This document shows, piece by piece, positions 1-49,900 of a stretch of DNA of 64,000 bases. Position 1 is the stretch's first letter, and every line of letters starts with the position of its first letter. The DNA comes from Octopus sinensis (lineage: Eukaryota): positions 15,872,001 to 15,936,000 of the forward strand of contig NC_043000.1 of assembly GCF_006345805.1 (NCBI RefSeq), read 5' to 3'. A program made the position numbers and the translations under genes. Under the pieces are notes generated by a model. The model was not told the DNA's origin. It was given only the letters and a program-made list of their open reading frames with translations, and ran no database searches.

Positions 1-326
1 GAATTCCTCCTACTTCTTTCTTGCATACTGAACACGGCCACTTCCCAGATGGCTGAAGAGTCTTGTCTGTATTCCTACAAACTAAGACAGTAGTAGTAAT
101 AATGAAGTTATTGTATACAGTGCTCAGGTGCACTACAACTCATCAGAAATAGTTGCCAAAAGTGCATAGAACAATGCACAGGAAGTGAACAACAAATGAG
201 ATGTTTAACCCTTTAGTATTTAAACCGGCCATATCCAGCCAAAATGCCATCCTTATTTTATGTTCAAATTGGCCAGATCCAACCTCTCACACCTACACTA
301 CAATGTCAATCTAAAAACTAACACAT

Positions 327-745
327 AGGTGCAGGAGTGGCTGTGTGGTATGTAGTTTGCTTACCAACCACATAGTTCCGGGTTCTGTCCCACTGCGTGG
401 CACCTTCGGCAAGTGTCTTCTACTATAGCCTCAGGCCAACCAAAGCCTTGTGAGTGGATTTGGTAGACGGAAACTGAAAGAAGCCTGTCGTATATATGTA
501 TATATATATATATGTGTGCGTGTGTGTTTGTGTGTCTGTGTTTGTCCCCCTAGCATTGCTTGACAACCGATGCTGGTGTGTTTATGTCCCTGTAACTTAG
601 CAGTTCGGCAAAAGAGACCGATAGAATAAGTACTGGGCTAACAAAGAATAAGTCCCGGGGGTCGAGTTGCTCGACTAAAGGCGGTGCTCCAGTATGGCCG
701 CAGTCAAATGACTGAAACAAGTAAAAGAGTAAAAGAGAGAGAGAG
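327..745 (+). mobile_element. tRNA-derived SINE family A (others: 10025-10435, 19365-19735(-), 31855-32230, 52632-53027(-), 53032-53415(-), 60806-61197)
   Basis: A/B-box head TGGCTGTGTGG..GGTTCAGTCCC, internal (TA)n/(TG)n, tail GACTGAAACAAGTAAAAGAG. Confidence 0.88.
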
Positions 746-793
746 TAATCATCAAAGTCTAAAAGCTACAAGATAGTACATGATGAATTTAAA

Positions 794-1400
794 GGCGGCA
801 AGCTGGCAGAAATGTTAGCGCACCAGGCAAAATGCTTAGCTGCATTTTGTCTGCCGTTACGTTCTGAGTTCAAATTCCTCCGAGGTTGACTTTGCCTTTC
901 ATCCTTTCGGGGTCGATAAATTAAGTACCAGTTACGCACTGGGGTCGATGTAATCGACTTAATCCGTTTGTCTGTCCTTGTTTGCCTCTTCTGTGTTTAG
1001 CCCCTTGTGGGTAGTAAAGAAATAAATAGGTATTTCATCTGCCGCTACGTTCTGAGTTCAAATTCCGCCAAGGTCGACTTTGCCTTTCATCCTTTCGGGG
1101 TCGATAAATTAAGTACCAGTTACGCACAGGGGCCGATGTAATCGACTTAATCCGTTTGTCTGTCCTTGTTTGCCCCCTCTGTGTTTAGCCCCTTGTGGGT
1201 AGTAAAGAAATAAATAGGTATTTCATCTGCCGCTACGTTCTGAGTTCAAATTCCGCCAAGGTTGACTTTGCCTTTTATCCTTTCGGGGTCGATAAATTAA
1301 GTACCAGTTACGCACTGGGGTTGATGTAATCGACTTAATCCGTTTGTCTGTCCTTGTTTGTCCTCTCTATGTTTAGCTTCTTGTGGGCAATAAAGAAATA
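794..1400 (+). mobile_element. tRNA-derived SINE family B with triplicated body (others: 6476-6720, 17200-17415, 20920-21096(-), 49797-50210)
   Basis: Head ..GAGTTCAAATTCC, core GCCTTTCATCCTTTCGGGGTCGATAAATTAAGTACC, ~184-bp unit x3. Confidence 0.85.
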
Positions 1401-1626
1401 TGATTAATTTAAAACAATGTGGATAAATAAACATTACATCTGACAGAGTAATATGAATGCTAATGGGTTAAAAAAAAAGGAAAAGGGGTGAGGCATACTG
1501 TTGGCAAATTTAGGGGAAACATGGAACTATGTTAGGTTTACTTTGAAGCCTCTTAATTCTAAGTTTTGTTTCCATATTTGGAATTTCTTCACTAATCATT
1601 TTAAGTAAGAAGAAAATATTTCATAC

Positions 1627-39004
<37,378 letters not shown>

Positions 39005-40517
39005 GGTGACCCACACTGGAAAGCTCTAAATAGCAAGAACAGGTAAAAGTGAAGTTGCAAAATGAATAGGTAACAGCAAGGTAAGAAAGAAAACAGGTAA
39101 CAGTAAGTAACCTAACGAAGTGATCAGGTAAAAAGCATTATTTTTACTGAAGATTAGAAGGGAAAATAGAGAAAGACACAAAAGAAGAAAAGATTGAATT
39201 TGGTAAGATATAAAGAAGATGAGGATGAAAATAGTAGATATGGAGAAACACTGAGGCACCAAACTAAATATCTTACAGAACTGAATTTTATCCCTCTTTG
39301 TTTATAGTTCAAATCCAGCTAAATAAACTTTGCCTTTCATCTCTGTCGGGTTATTAAAATAAATATTTGCCATATATAGAACTGAATCTAACAACTATAC
39401 AACAATCCGAACCAAAAATTGGTTTTGTGTCTGTTTCAAAGAAATCATTATTAATCCCTTGATGGCAATAGTGATGATACACACACACACACACACATAC
39501 TTGTAGTAAGTATAGTATGTATAATATATAAAACATCAACCCCTTTGATACCAACCTGTCTGAGATTGCCTCTGGTTCTATGAAACAAACTTTCTGTTTT
39601 AAAACTGATGTAAGTTAAAACCTTCCATAAAAATTACAAATTAATTTATGTTCCAAAGATACACTTAATAATAACAAAACAAATTTATAAGGGAGCAACA
39701 TTGTCAATTGATTTGATTCCTTACTTATATCACTACTACTTATTTTATCAATCCTATAGTAATGAAAACTAAAGTAAATCACAAAGGATTTTAAGTTGGA
39801 ATGTAGAGCGATAGGGATAGCCTCTCATGTCTCAAACATTTTCACTGTCTTCTATATAAACCACAATAAAGGATGCTTACGGTAGTTCTGATGGCAGCGA
39901 TAGTATAAGATAAATAAACTAGATAAATAATCTAGACAAAAGTTTCACTTTATCAAGTCAATCAGTATGTACTTAATATAAGTGAAGCCTTTTGTTTTTC
40001 CCACCTTATTACAAGTGGTACACTGATTATATACACTGATTAGAAAGACAATAGTTTGTTTGGTTTTTGGTTTCTAACACTGGTTTAAAAAATAATTGAA
40101 ACGTTTATAAGATTCGTTTGTATCATTAAACAGAGAAATATGGGTCATTAGCAACCTTTGATGCTAATACAAACATTACTGTTTTATTATCTCCCTGGGG
40201 TGGTGGGATGAGTAGGAATGCTGAGCTACTTTTTTTCTTATTTCTTAATTATCAGATAAGTAGTATGGCTGTTGGATAATGGATTTGAGTTTCGAGTTTA
40301 AACATCATAACCAAACTCAGAACTTAGAATTATAGTGTCTTAAGAGTTCTAAGATTGAATCTTATTCACCTGTTTACAACTCTATCTTAGTTACCTTTAA
40401 AGGTGAACATCAGAAGAAGAACATCTATTTCACCATCTGAAAGAAGATGCAAAGGGCTGTGGGTAATGTCACTCTTGTTTGAACTAAGATATATATATAC
40501 ATATACATATATATATA

Positions 40518-40830
40518 CTAGCAGTATCGCCCGGCATTAAAAATGGAAAAAAAATTATGGTAAATTTTTTTAAAAGTCGTTGACTCATCGTAAACATTTT
40601 TAGAAAGTTACTTCCCTTATATAATAGCGAAAAAATGCATTAAAATGGGAAAAAAATTATGGTAATTTTTTTTTTAAATCGTAGACTCATGCTAATACCC
40701 AGAAGGGCTCGATATGAATCACGACTATAAGATACCCGGGTTTTGGTTAAACTGCACCGCAAAATGTGGGAGTAGTTAGGAATCTAAATTGTAGGAGACA
40801 GACACACAACTTCACTTTTATATATAAAGA
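40518..40830 (-). mobile_element. Non-autonomous Helitron (shorter copy)
   Basis: TC...CTAG termini; homologous to 51456-51844. Confidence 0.7.
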
Positions 40831-41395
40831 TATGACAAATGAAGTGAGTTCATGGCTCGCAGGATGGCCTGCTGTGCTAACCTTGAATTGTAGAGTGACC
40901 CGCTGTTCTTGAGGAGACCTATTGAGTCAAGTACGTCAACACCAACATCAACATGAAAATCAATTGGAAACTGTAGTTAAGATACTCGTGCAGGTGACAC
41001 GAGTAAAAAGCACCATCCGAACGTGGCCTATGCCAGCGCTGCCTTGACTGGCTTTTGTGCCGGTGGCACATAAAATGCACCAACCGATCGTGGCCGTTGC
41101 CAGCCTCCACTGGCCCCTGTGCCGGTGGCACATAAAAAGCACCCAGTACACTCACGGAGAGGTTGGCGTTAAGAAGGGCATCCAGCTATAGAAACACTGC
41201 CAGATCAGACTGGAGCCTGGTGCAGCCTCCTGGCTTCCCAGACTCCGGTCGAACCATCCAACCATGCCAGCATGGAAAACAGACGTTAAACGATGATGAT
41301 GATGATGATGATATATATATATCATCATCATCATCATCGTTTAACGTCTGTTTTCCATGCTGGCATGGTTGGATATATATGTATATATAATATAT

Positions 41396-41935
41396 ATAAA
41401 GAGATGGTTTGTTTTCAACTTAATGTGGCAGTCCAAGGAAAGGGAAGAATGCTACTGCTATTTAGCTGCAGGAAACATCGTTTCCAGTTGGCTATGTGAC
41501 ACAAGCATTCTGTGTCCTCAAGTTTTCAAACAGGGGAGATAAATACCTCCACCCAGCAAAGCCAGCATCTAGAGACTAGTTTCAGAGTCATTACACTTCA
41601 TCAGTCTGAAGTAGCTTGGCTTGCTAGCTATTGATGCATATTCGCCTTTGAAATAAATTCACTGATCTACAAAATTAGAAATATTGCATTTCTAAATCTC
41701 TCTGGATGCTGGCTTTGCTGGGTGGAGGTGCTTATCTCCCCTGTTTGAAAACTTAAGGACACAGAACACTTGTGTCATATAGCCAGCTGGAAACAATGTT
41801 TCCTGTGGCTAAATAACAGTAGCATTCTTCCTTTTCCTGGGACTGCCACATTAAGTTGGCAATAAACCATCACTTTATTGTGTTGCTACTGTATAAGTCT
41901 CTCTGAGAGATTTAGAAATGCAATATTTCTAATTT
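41396..41935. mobile_element. Inverted-repeat element, probable Penelope-like terminal repeat pair
   Basis: Arms ~41396-41573 and ~41699-41878, a second pair 41671-41702/41905-41935, and a hammerhead at the inner end. Confidence 0.6.
41555..41625 (-). ncRNA. Minimal type I hammerhead ribozyme motif inside an inverted repeat
   Basis: ..TTCAGA-CTGATGA-AGTGTAATGACTCT-GAAAC-TA-GTC-TCTAGA.., with an extended imperfect stem I. Confidence 0.65.
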
Positions 41936-42879
41936 TATATATATATATATATATATATGCCCATCCAAAGTACCTTGGATCGCAGAACGGCCTGCTGTGC
42001 TTACCTTGGATCGTAGGGCGACCTGCTGTGCTTGAGGAGACCTATTGAGTCAAGTACATCAACATCAAAATAAAACTCAAATGGAAATTGTAGTTATGAT
42101 ACCCGTGCTGGTGGCACATAAAAAGCACCATCCAAACGTGGCCGATGCCAGCCTCCCCTGGCATCTGTGCACCCACTACACTCATGGTGTTAGGAAGGGC
42201 ATCCAGCTGTAGAAACACTGCCAGATCAGACTGGAGCCTGGTGCTGCCTCCTGGCTTCCCAGACCCCAGTTGAACCATCCAACCCATGTTAGCATGGAAA
42301 ATAGATGTTAAACGATGATGATGATAATGATATATATATATATATAAGCTTTACAGAGATGTACTTGCATAGCAAGTGACTTGATTGTGTGCTGAAACAA
42401 AAACAGTTGCAGTGTAGGTGTTTATAAGTCATTTAAAAACACACAAAACGCTGTTAGATTCACTTCAACATTTAAATTTAATTTGTCAAAATATTTTCAT
42501 CGCTCTGAAACTGCAACCTGTTCACTGACAAAATTCTGTGCTGATCTCAAGACACTGAACCTCACAAAGGAGATGATAAAGGACTGAGAAGACCTGCAAT
42601 TCACTGTGCTCAAGAGGAACCATCCTTCTCAAGAAAAGTGAACTCCTAAAAACATAATCTATCCTTCCAAATCCTGTTAATGATGAAAACCCAATACTTC
42701 AAGTACTGAAGCTACTCAGGCAAAAATCAAGTTCTGTTGAAATTCACTGACTCCCATCTTCTCCAACAGAGTGATATTTGCCTAGTCATGTTACATCAGT
42801 AAGATCACTATGCAAACCTTGAAAGACAACTCCCTGTATCATGCAGCCCTCAAGTTATTTCACTTTCAAACTTGCAGCT

Positions 42880-45400
42880 GATCTTTTGATCTCCTACCAA
42901 AAAAATTTCTACTAACTTTTCAAAAACTTCTTCCCTTCCACTTCACAAGGTTGGTTACATGAGCAGTATCTTTGCAGACGTCTCCATTTTTGCACTCCAC
43001 TTTACAGCTAACTGTGCACCATACACACTTGGCAAATCTCCTCCAGTTCTACCCTCCTCCACTCTTACAGCTCCATCACCTTGCATACTCACACGCCAAA
43101 TACTAAAAGTGCCTTCAGTCACATCAAACCAAGAAGGTCACCATCTCCTTTCTAATTTCCTCAAATATTGCACTCTAGGGTAGGCCCCTATACTCACTAA
43201 ACTCTTCAAGCTCCCACTTTTTACATGGGTCTATCTTGATTTTTGGAAACATGCTGTAGTGTGTCCTATTTCCAAGGGACAAGAAAGCAGCCTCTCCGAC
43301 CCCGCCAACTATGGCCCAATTGCACTCACTTCTAATACCTGCAAGGTAAAAAAAGGTCAGTTGGCAGGATCGTTAGCATGCTGGGCAAAATGCTTTGCAG
43401 TGCTTGTCAGTCTTTACATTCTGAGTTCTATTTCCACTGAGGTCGACTTCACCTTTCATCCTCTTCGGGTTGATAACATAAGTACCAGTTAAGTACTGAG
43501 GTCGATGTGATTGACTTACTCCCCTCCCCAAATTGCTGGCCTTATGCCAAAATCTGAAAGCAATATCCGTAAGGCAAGGGAGACAATCATTAACAATGAT
43601 TTTCTTCAGCACATGGAATCTGTCTATTTATCTGCCTGTCTCTCTCTCTGTCTCTCTGTCTGTCTCTCTCTCTCTCTCTTTAATGACCACCATTTCAGTA
43701 TTGACCTACTCTTTCTCCAGCACCCACCAGTGGATGCTTGCCTTGCAGAAAATGTGTGAAAGCAATGTTGTCACCTTCGATATCAGAAAAGCTTTTGGAG
43801 TGCCTGCAATGCAAATCTTTTATCAAAACCTTCCATCTTTAGGCACCAACCATCTCTAATATTTTGCATTAGCAGCATCCTTTCAGCTCTCACTGTTGCT
43901 GCATCAAGCACCTCCTGATACAACCTCCTGTGTGTTGTGACATGGTTTCTACAACTGGATGCCCTTCCTAACACCAACTGCTTAACAGAGTGTGCAGGGT
44001 GCTTTTTAAGTGGTACCAGCAACTGAAAGGACAAACATGTATGTATGGAAGACAGTAATATTACTTAGCTTGATGTGTCCTATCAAGAACAGCAAATTGC
44101 TACATCGCCTGGTCCCTTGTCATTTCCTCAGTGAGGCCCAGCATCCAAAGATCCTTTCTCACCACTTCGTCCCATGTCTTCCTAGGTATACCCCTTCCAC
44201 AGGTACCCTCAACAATTAGAGCTTGCACTTCTTTATGCAGCTTTCCCCATCCATAAGTAAGCTCAAATATTATTTTGGCAAATTTAAAGGGATTTCTTTT
44301 GTGCTATAAACCATTTACCATTTCTATAGTACCCCACTTCCTTTGATGTCCTGAGCACATGCTTAATTTGCTTAATGGTTAATCCAACACTGCCGACCAT
44401 ATATCACCCACTCACAACTTAAATACCATGTCTCAAACCCACACTGCCCCTATTAACAGAGATCTCAAAAGTAATGGAAATTGTAGATGTTGATACCTGT
44501 GCCGGTGGCACGTAAAAAGCACCATCCAAACGTGGCCAATGCCAGTGCCGCCTTGACTGGCTTCTATGCCAGTAGTACATAAAAGGCACGTAAAAAGCAC
44601 CCACTACACTCACGGAGTGGTTGGCGTTAGGAAGGGCATCCAGCTGTAGAAACACTGCCAGATCAAACTGGAGCCTGGTGCAGCCTCCTGGCTTCCCAGA
44701 CCCCGGTCGAACCGTCCAACCCATGCTAGCACGGAAAATGGACGTTAAACGATGACGATGATTGATGATGTATGCCACTTGTTTCTTTCAACAGCAATAA
44801 AGGACAACTGATACTCCTGACAGGCAAACATCATTACACAAGACATTCCCCATTAACTACAAGCAGCACTCAACTACAAATTTCACAATCACTGCACTTG
44901 GGTCTCACCTGGCATAAGAATGTCCTTAACAAAGCGAAAAATCATATCCCAATGACAAACCCTTTTTTAAGGGCCAGAAGATACTTCAGCTCCTAACAAT
45001 TATTAACAGCTGGGTAAAGCCATCACAACTGAGGCAATGCTACAATTCAGCACAGAGACATCCTGAACTGCAACCAGTAAAAGGGCCACCGGTCTGATTG
45101 GCATAAAGTCATTTACAGAAACACTCCAGCTTCTGGCACACAGGTACATCTCCTCGCTGTGTCTTTTCTATCGCTACTATAATGGTTCTGCTCCTTGGAG
45201 CTGACTAAGCTCATAACTTCTTTACTCAGGCATTACCATATTTGTTCTCCTCTCATCACCCTTGTCTCAACACCACAGTCACAGCGCAAATTGTTACCAT
45301 TCCTTCTTTCCCATAATGCCAACACTCAAGAATTCTCTCCCCCCACACGCCTTTCCTGAAGTTGTTGACTTACAAAGATTCACGCGGGATATTGTTGGCA
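42880..45400 (+). mobile_element. Highly degraded LINE reverse-transcriptase fragments interrupted by younger repeats
   Basis: WKHAVVCPISKG..SDPANYGPIALTS and DIRKAF remnants. Confidence 0.6.
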
Positions 45401-45750
45401 TCGGTTTTACTGGTCTAAGAGGGTCATGGGTACTGCCCCTTCCTCTAGTCCTAGTAGCAAATGTATGTGTACGCACACATACATACTTACATTCAAAAAT
45501 ACCTACATACTTATACTCACACATGCTCGTCTGCACACAGATATATTTATCAAAAAGATAATATTTATTGTTAGTAGTACAGCGAAGTTCGCTTGCAATT
45601 ATGAGGCTATAAGTTTGATCCTTATGCATAAAATCTTTGATAAATTATCTTCTACCAAAGCTTCTGGTTTACTCAAGTCTTGTGAGTGAATTTGAGTAGA
45701 TGGAATTGTGTAGATAAACTTTACTTATCCCATTACGCTGATTATTTTAC

Positions 45751-45952
45751 CTGAGTGTAGTTTAAATTGCGAGTATATGAGGAACATAGAGACACGTACA
45801 CTACAATTCAGTGAATAACCGGAATAATCATCGTCGAAACCGATGCAAGAGAAAGATCTGAATAAACACGAAGAAATAGTGTAGAACTTGTGGTTGCAAG
45901 GGTCAATGTTGTTGGCATCCTTTCTGTCTCGGGAGACAATGGAGTTGCGCAT
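45751..45952 (-). other. Candidate upstream/alternative first exon of the PsuG-kinase gene
   Basis: Non-repetitive, relatively CpG-rich segment; donor TCAG|gtaaaa at 45751 in phase 1 of an ATG-initiated ORF. Another strong donor (C|gtaagt) lies at 46590. Confidence 0.35.
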
Positions 45953-46735
45953 GAAGTAGTCTAGTCCGGCTTTTATATTTCATGTCCTGATACATTTCCT
46001 GCTGTGGCTGTGTAGTCCTATTCTGGACAAACACTCCCTCTGGCAGGTACCGCAAATGTAGCGAAGACTGTTCCTGGCTGGTTGCTATTGCTCATGAACG
46101 ATGAAGTATTGTAAAATTATTTTAATGGAATGAAGTATATTTCAGATGACGAATGAGATGAAGAAGTCTACTAAAGTGAAGCAAAACAACAACATTAATA
46201 AGGCCTTTTTATTTTTGTTGCTTTTGATTTAGAAATTTAAACTTTGAAAGTGTCGTATAGGCGACCCCTACTTAACCTGCTAGAAATAGAAGCCAAGCTC
46301 TCTGTCTCTATACGTCTGTCACTCTCAAATATCACCATGTAGTTTTAAAAGAAGACAAATATATTGAATAATGTAGTCCTAAATAAAATATCTGCTTAAA
46401 GGAACAGAGGGTCAGAAGAAAAATTTCTTTGCTTAAAGGCCTGCTTAACGCGGGCACCTTGCTAAGTGACAACAGAAATATCTAGTTTAATATCGGAATG
46501 CTGTGCATAAATTGTTTGCGGTCAAAGTTGAAGTATTGACTGATAGCAGTATATTAACTGATAATCACTATTAAATAATATTTACTTACGTCACTGGGTC
46601 AAAAAGTAGAAACCAGATAAACTCACATTACAATGTTTCCAAACAAGATAATGCTACATCAGCCTCGTATGCGATTCTTTAAAGTTATCTTTCCTTAGTT
46701 TAAAGCTGAAGTTTCAAAAATAATCCTGTTTGAAA
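45953..46735. promoter_or_regulatory. Putative bidirectional promoter region between the two divergent genes
   Basis: Repeat-poor interval between oppositely oriented 5' ends; TSS positions cannot be determined from sequence. Confidence 0.5.
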
Positions 46736-46987
46736 ATGTTTAAAAGGATTCCTTTCCATGTTATTTACAGACTGAACAAAAGATGTCAGAAAACAGGGTC
46801 AAAAGAACTTCTCAGCTGTTTTAAAGCAAACCCATTCATTAATAACAACGGGCATTTTCAAGTCTGTTCGACAGATGCAACAGTGCACCCACCTACAAAC
46901 TTTCTTCAACAGCAGCCAATTCTGTCTAATCAATACCTGAAAGACCCATTATTGCGGTCTTTCTTAAAACTAGAAGTCCCTTCATCG
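46736..46987 (+). CDS. Acyl-CoA dehydrogenase exon 1 (MFKRIPFHVIYRLNKR...FLQQQPILSNQYLKDPLLRSFLKLEVPSS)
   Basis: aaaATG start, basic presequence-like N-terminus, FxQxxPxLxNQY motif, donor TCG|gtaggt. Confidence 0.85.
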
Positions 46988-49900
46988 GTAGGTATTTATT
47001 TCGACACTATGATTATTAAGGCGATCCTTCGGTATACGTACCGGAAGTGGCTTTGTTTACATTTCTGAAGATAACACAGAAACCCTTTTCTCCCACCCCT
47101 AACCCTGACACAAACCCTAACGCTACCCCCCCCCCCATATATATATATATATAAAAAACACTTTCTTGAAATGTATCCGGTACTTCCGGTACCTATACCG
47201 AAGTTACGCCGATTATTAATTTTTATACTTAGTTTTACGTTAATTTTATTTTTTCCGATCCCTTCGTTGTGTAGATTCGGGGATTTTACATGAAATCGTT
47301 TGAACCAACGCCTATACGACACAGGCAGAAAGGGCATCTGGTTTCCTTGACGGCTATAGTCACAATCACTATTTTAACAGTATTCTCGTAATTTCTTTAG
47401 TATCAGTGAAACTTGTCGTTTTCTCTGTGGATAATGTAAGCGTACGCATTTGTATTGTTTTCTTCCGTGTTTATATATGTAGGGGTTCCTTTTTATATAT
47501 AAACGTATGAGGGGAGAGCATCAAGATATGCGTGTCTGGTGTACATGCACTTAGATTACTTAAAGGAGGTGAGTAAATAGAAGGAAAGATAACTTAAATT
47601 AGTATCTCAGCAAGATAACAACTTGCTCCAGTTTTTCACACACGCACAAACAAACACACACACATACACACACATTATTCTGGTAACCTGAACAACATCA
47701 AAAGACAATTAGAATTAGTCACAGCATTCTCACGAGACTTAGGAATGGATTTGGGGCAAGATAAATGCTCATACATGGTAATCAACCAAGGAAAGATTGT
47801 TGACCATGTACCAACATTTGGGATATTGGACTGGACACTTGACAAGATCTGCAGTCTGGACATCAAAACTAAAGTACTGGCCACCACTGGCAACACCAGC
47901 CGTTCAAGAATTTGGACCAGGAGATCTCCATTCCAGTGACTTCGAAGGCCACCTCCCAGTGGTGTCGGGCGTCAACGAAGAGCCCTCGACTTCAACAAGA
48001 CGACTAAAGTTTTTTTTCTTTTTTTCTCCAAGGTCTGGGGTCTCCTACTCCAAAGCCCTAGACCATCACCTAATCACCCTTACCCGTCTTGTTGCTTAAC
48101 AACAACAACAACAACACACACATACACACATATGCATCATCATCACCATCATCAGCATCATAATTTAACATCCATTTTTCTATGTTTGCATGGGTCAGAT
48201 GGAACTTGCAGCAGATTTTTACAGCTGGATGCTGTTCCTGTTGTCAACCCTTACCTCCATGTGTCAGAAGGAATAGTCAGAAATGTCCAAAAGTGATGAC
48301 AGTAGAGACATAAGGTCAGTTCAAACAGCCTTTGAATGTTGTATTGTATCACTCAGACAACACTTGCTGAACGGCAAAGAAAGAAATGAGTTCATTCCAT
48401 GCATACTCAAAAGTGAGAGCAACAACATCGAATAAATACTGTATAGATACTCTAAGAATACAACTGTCTCATGTGACCCAAAGAAGACTAGACTGGCATA
48501 CTTAAACAGGAGCTTGGAGGAGAAGCAAGCATCGTACCAGCAAAAGGGAATTCATGGGTACATATCCCATAAACTAGAGGATAAAAACAGCATTAAAAAC
48601 AAGGAATATTGATAGCACACTCCAATAAAAACAGCGATTCAGTGCAAACATAACAGACTTGATATTGTTCTGTGGGACACGGGACATAAGTCATGCACTG
48701 TTATAGAGGTCAGCTGCCCAGCGGATGTGAATGCACCATCAAAAGTACAGGAAAAAGAGAATATTTATGGTGAATTAATGTGAAACTTACAGCTCTTGTA
48801 CTCTGACTAGGAATTCTCATTTGTACCTATTATCATAGGTGCATGAGGTTATGTACCTTCAAACTTACAGAAAAACCTAGAAATACCAGAAATTTACTTA
48901 CTTGTACTTGTGGCAACATTCACCCTGGGCGGGTTGAGTCGGCTTCTTCTACCAACCTTGAGGCATCTTGAACCATGGCAGCCCACGCACGATGGTCCTG
49001 TGCCAGTTCACTGGTGCAATTATGGGAGACAGCCAGAACCAATTTTTTTTGGTTTGTTCCATCTTTGACATGGTTTTGTGGTAGATGCATGCTGGGAACT
49101 GGATTATTCAGTCTGGCTGCATACTGCTCCCAAATAAAACCAGCCAATATATTTAGATTTTATTAACATGTTTATTTACAGATTGATGTTGCAGTTGGTT
49201 TTTACAAAAAGCTATTAAGTTGAATACCAGTAGCTGGTGTGTGAGATTGTAAGCTTGACAAGGAAATCTTTTAACCAAAAGTTGGAGAATCTTAGCAACC
49301 GGCTAGCCAAAAAGTCATCTATGAGTCCTCTGGAACTCTCTTTCTTGTATTTTCCCCATACATCTCAATTTATAACTATGATTTGGTTCAAAACTGCTTG
49401 GAATTTTCCATTAATCTAAACGCCATAAAAATACACCAGAACAACAGTTGGCTGAAATATGGACCAAAATCACCTGATAAGGACAGTTGCTGCTCAATAT
49501 GGAAATTTGATATGCTGTGACCAGTTTTTATTTTGTATCTGAACTAAAAGGGTCTCAAATGCTGAGTTGTGCAGCACTTTCTAGTTCCACAAGTATAAAG
49601 CACTGGAAAATAGAGAAGAGTGGGCTGTGCAGGTGTAAGAAGGTTGGAACACTGAAGCACTGTGCACTTGGTTTTGAGTATTGATTCACATGGCAGTATA
49701 ATCAAGTGCTTAGAGTACTGGTAGAACTTTCAAAGGAAGGTTTCCTGTCTCCACTGCAGACAAAAAGTTGATAACAATAACAATAGAGAAACAAAGCAGC
49801 AAGCTGGCTGAAATGTTAGAACGCCGGGCGAAATGATTTGTGGTATTTCGTCTGCCATTACATTGTGAGTTCAAATTCCACCGAGGTTGACTTTGCCTTT

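Noticed and set aside
1-74. Possible further exon at the left edge
   Set aside because: Translates as PSGKWPCSVCKK, matching the RTE LINE cysteine-rich segment seen at ~4490.
47096-47125. Interstitial telomeric repeat
   Set aside because: Only two or three degenerate CCCTAA units, inside a small inverted-repeat element.
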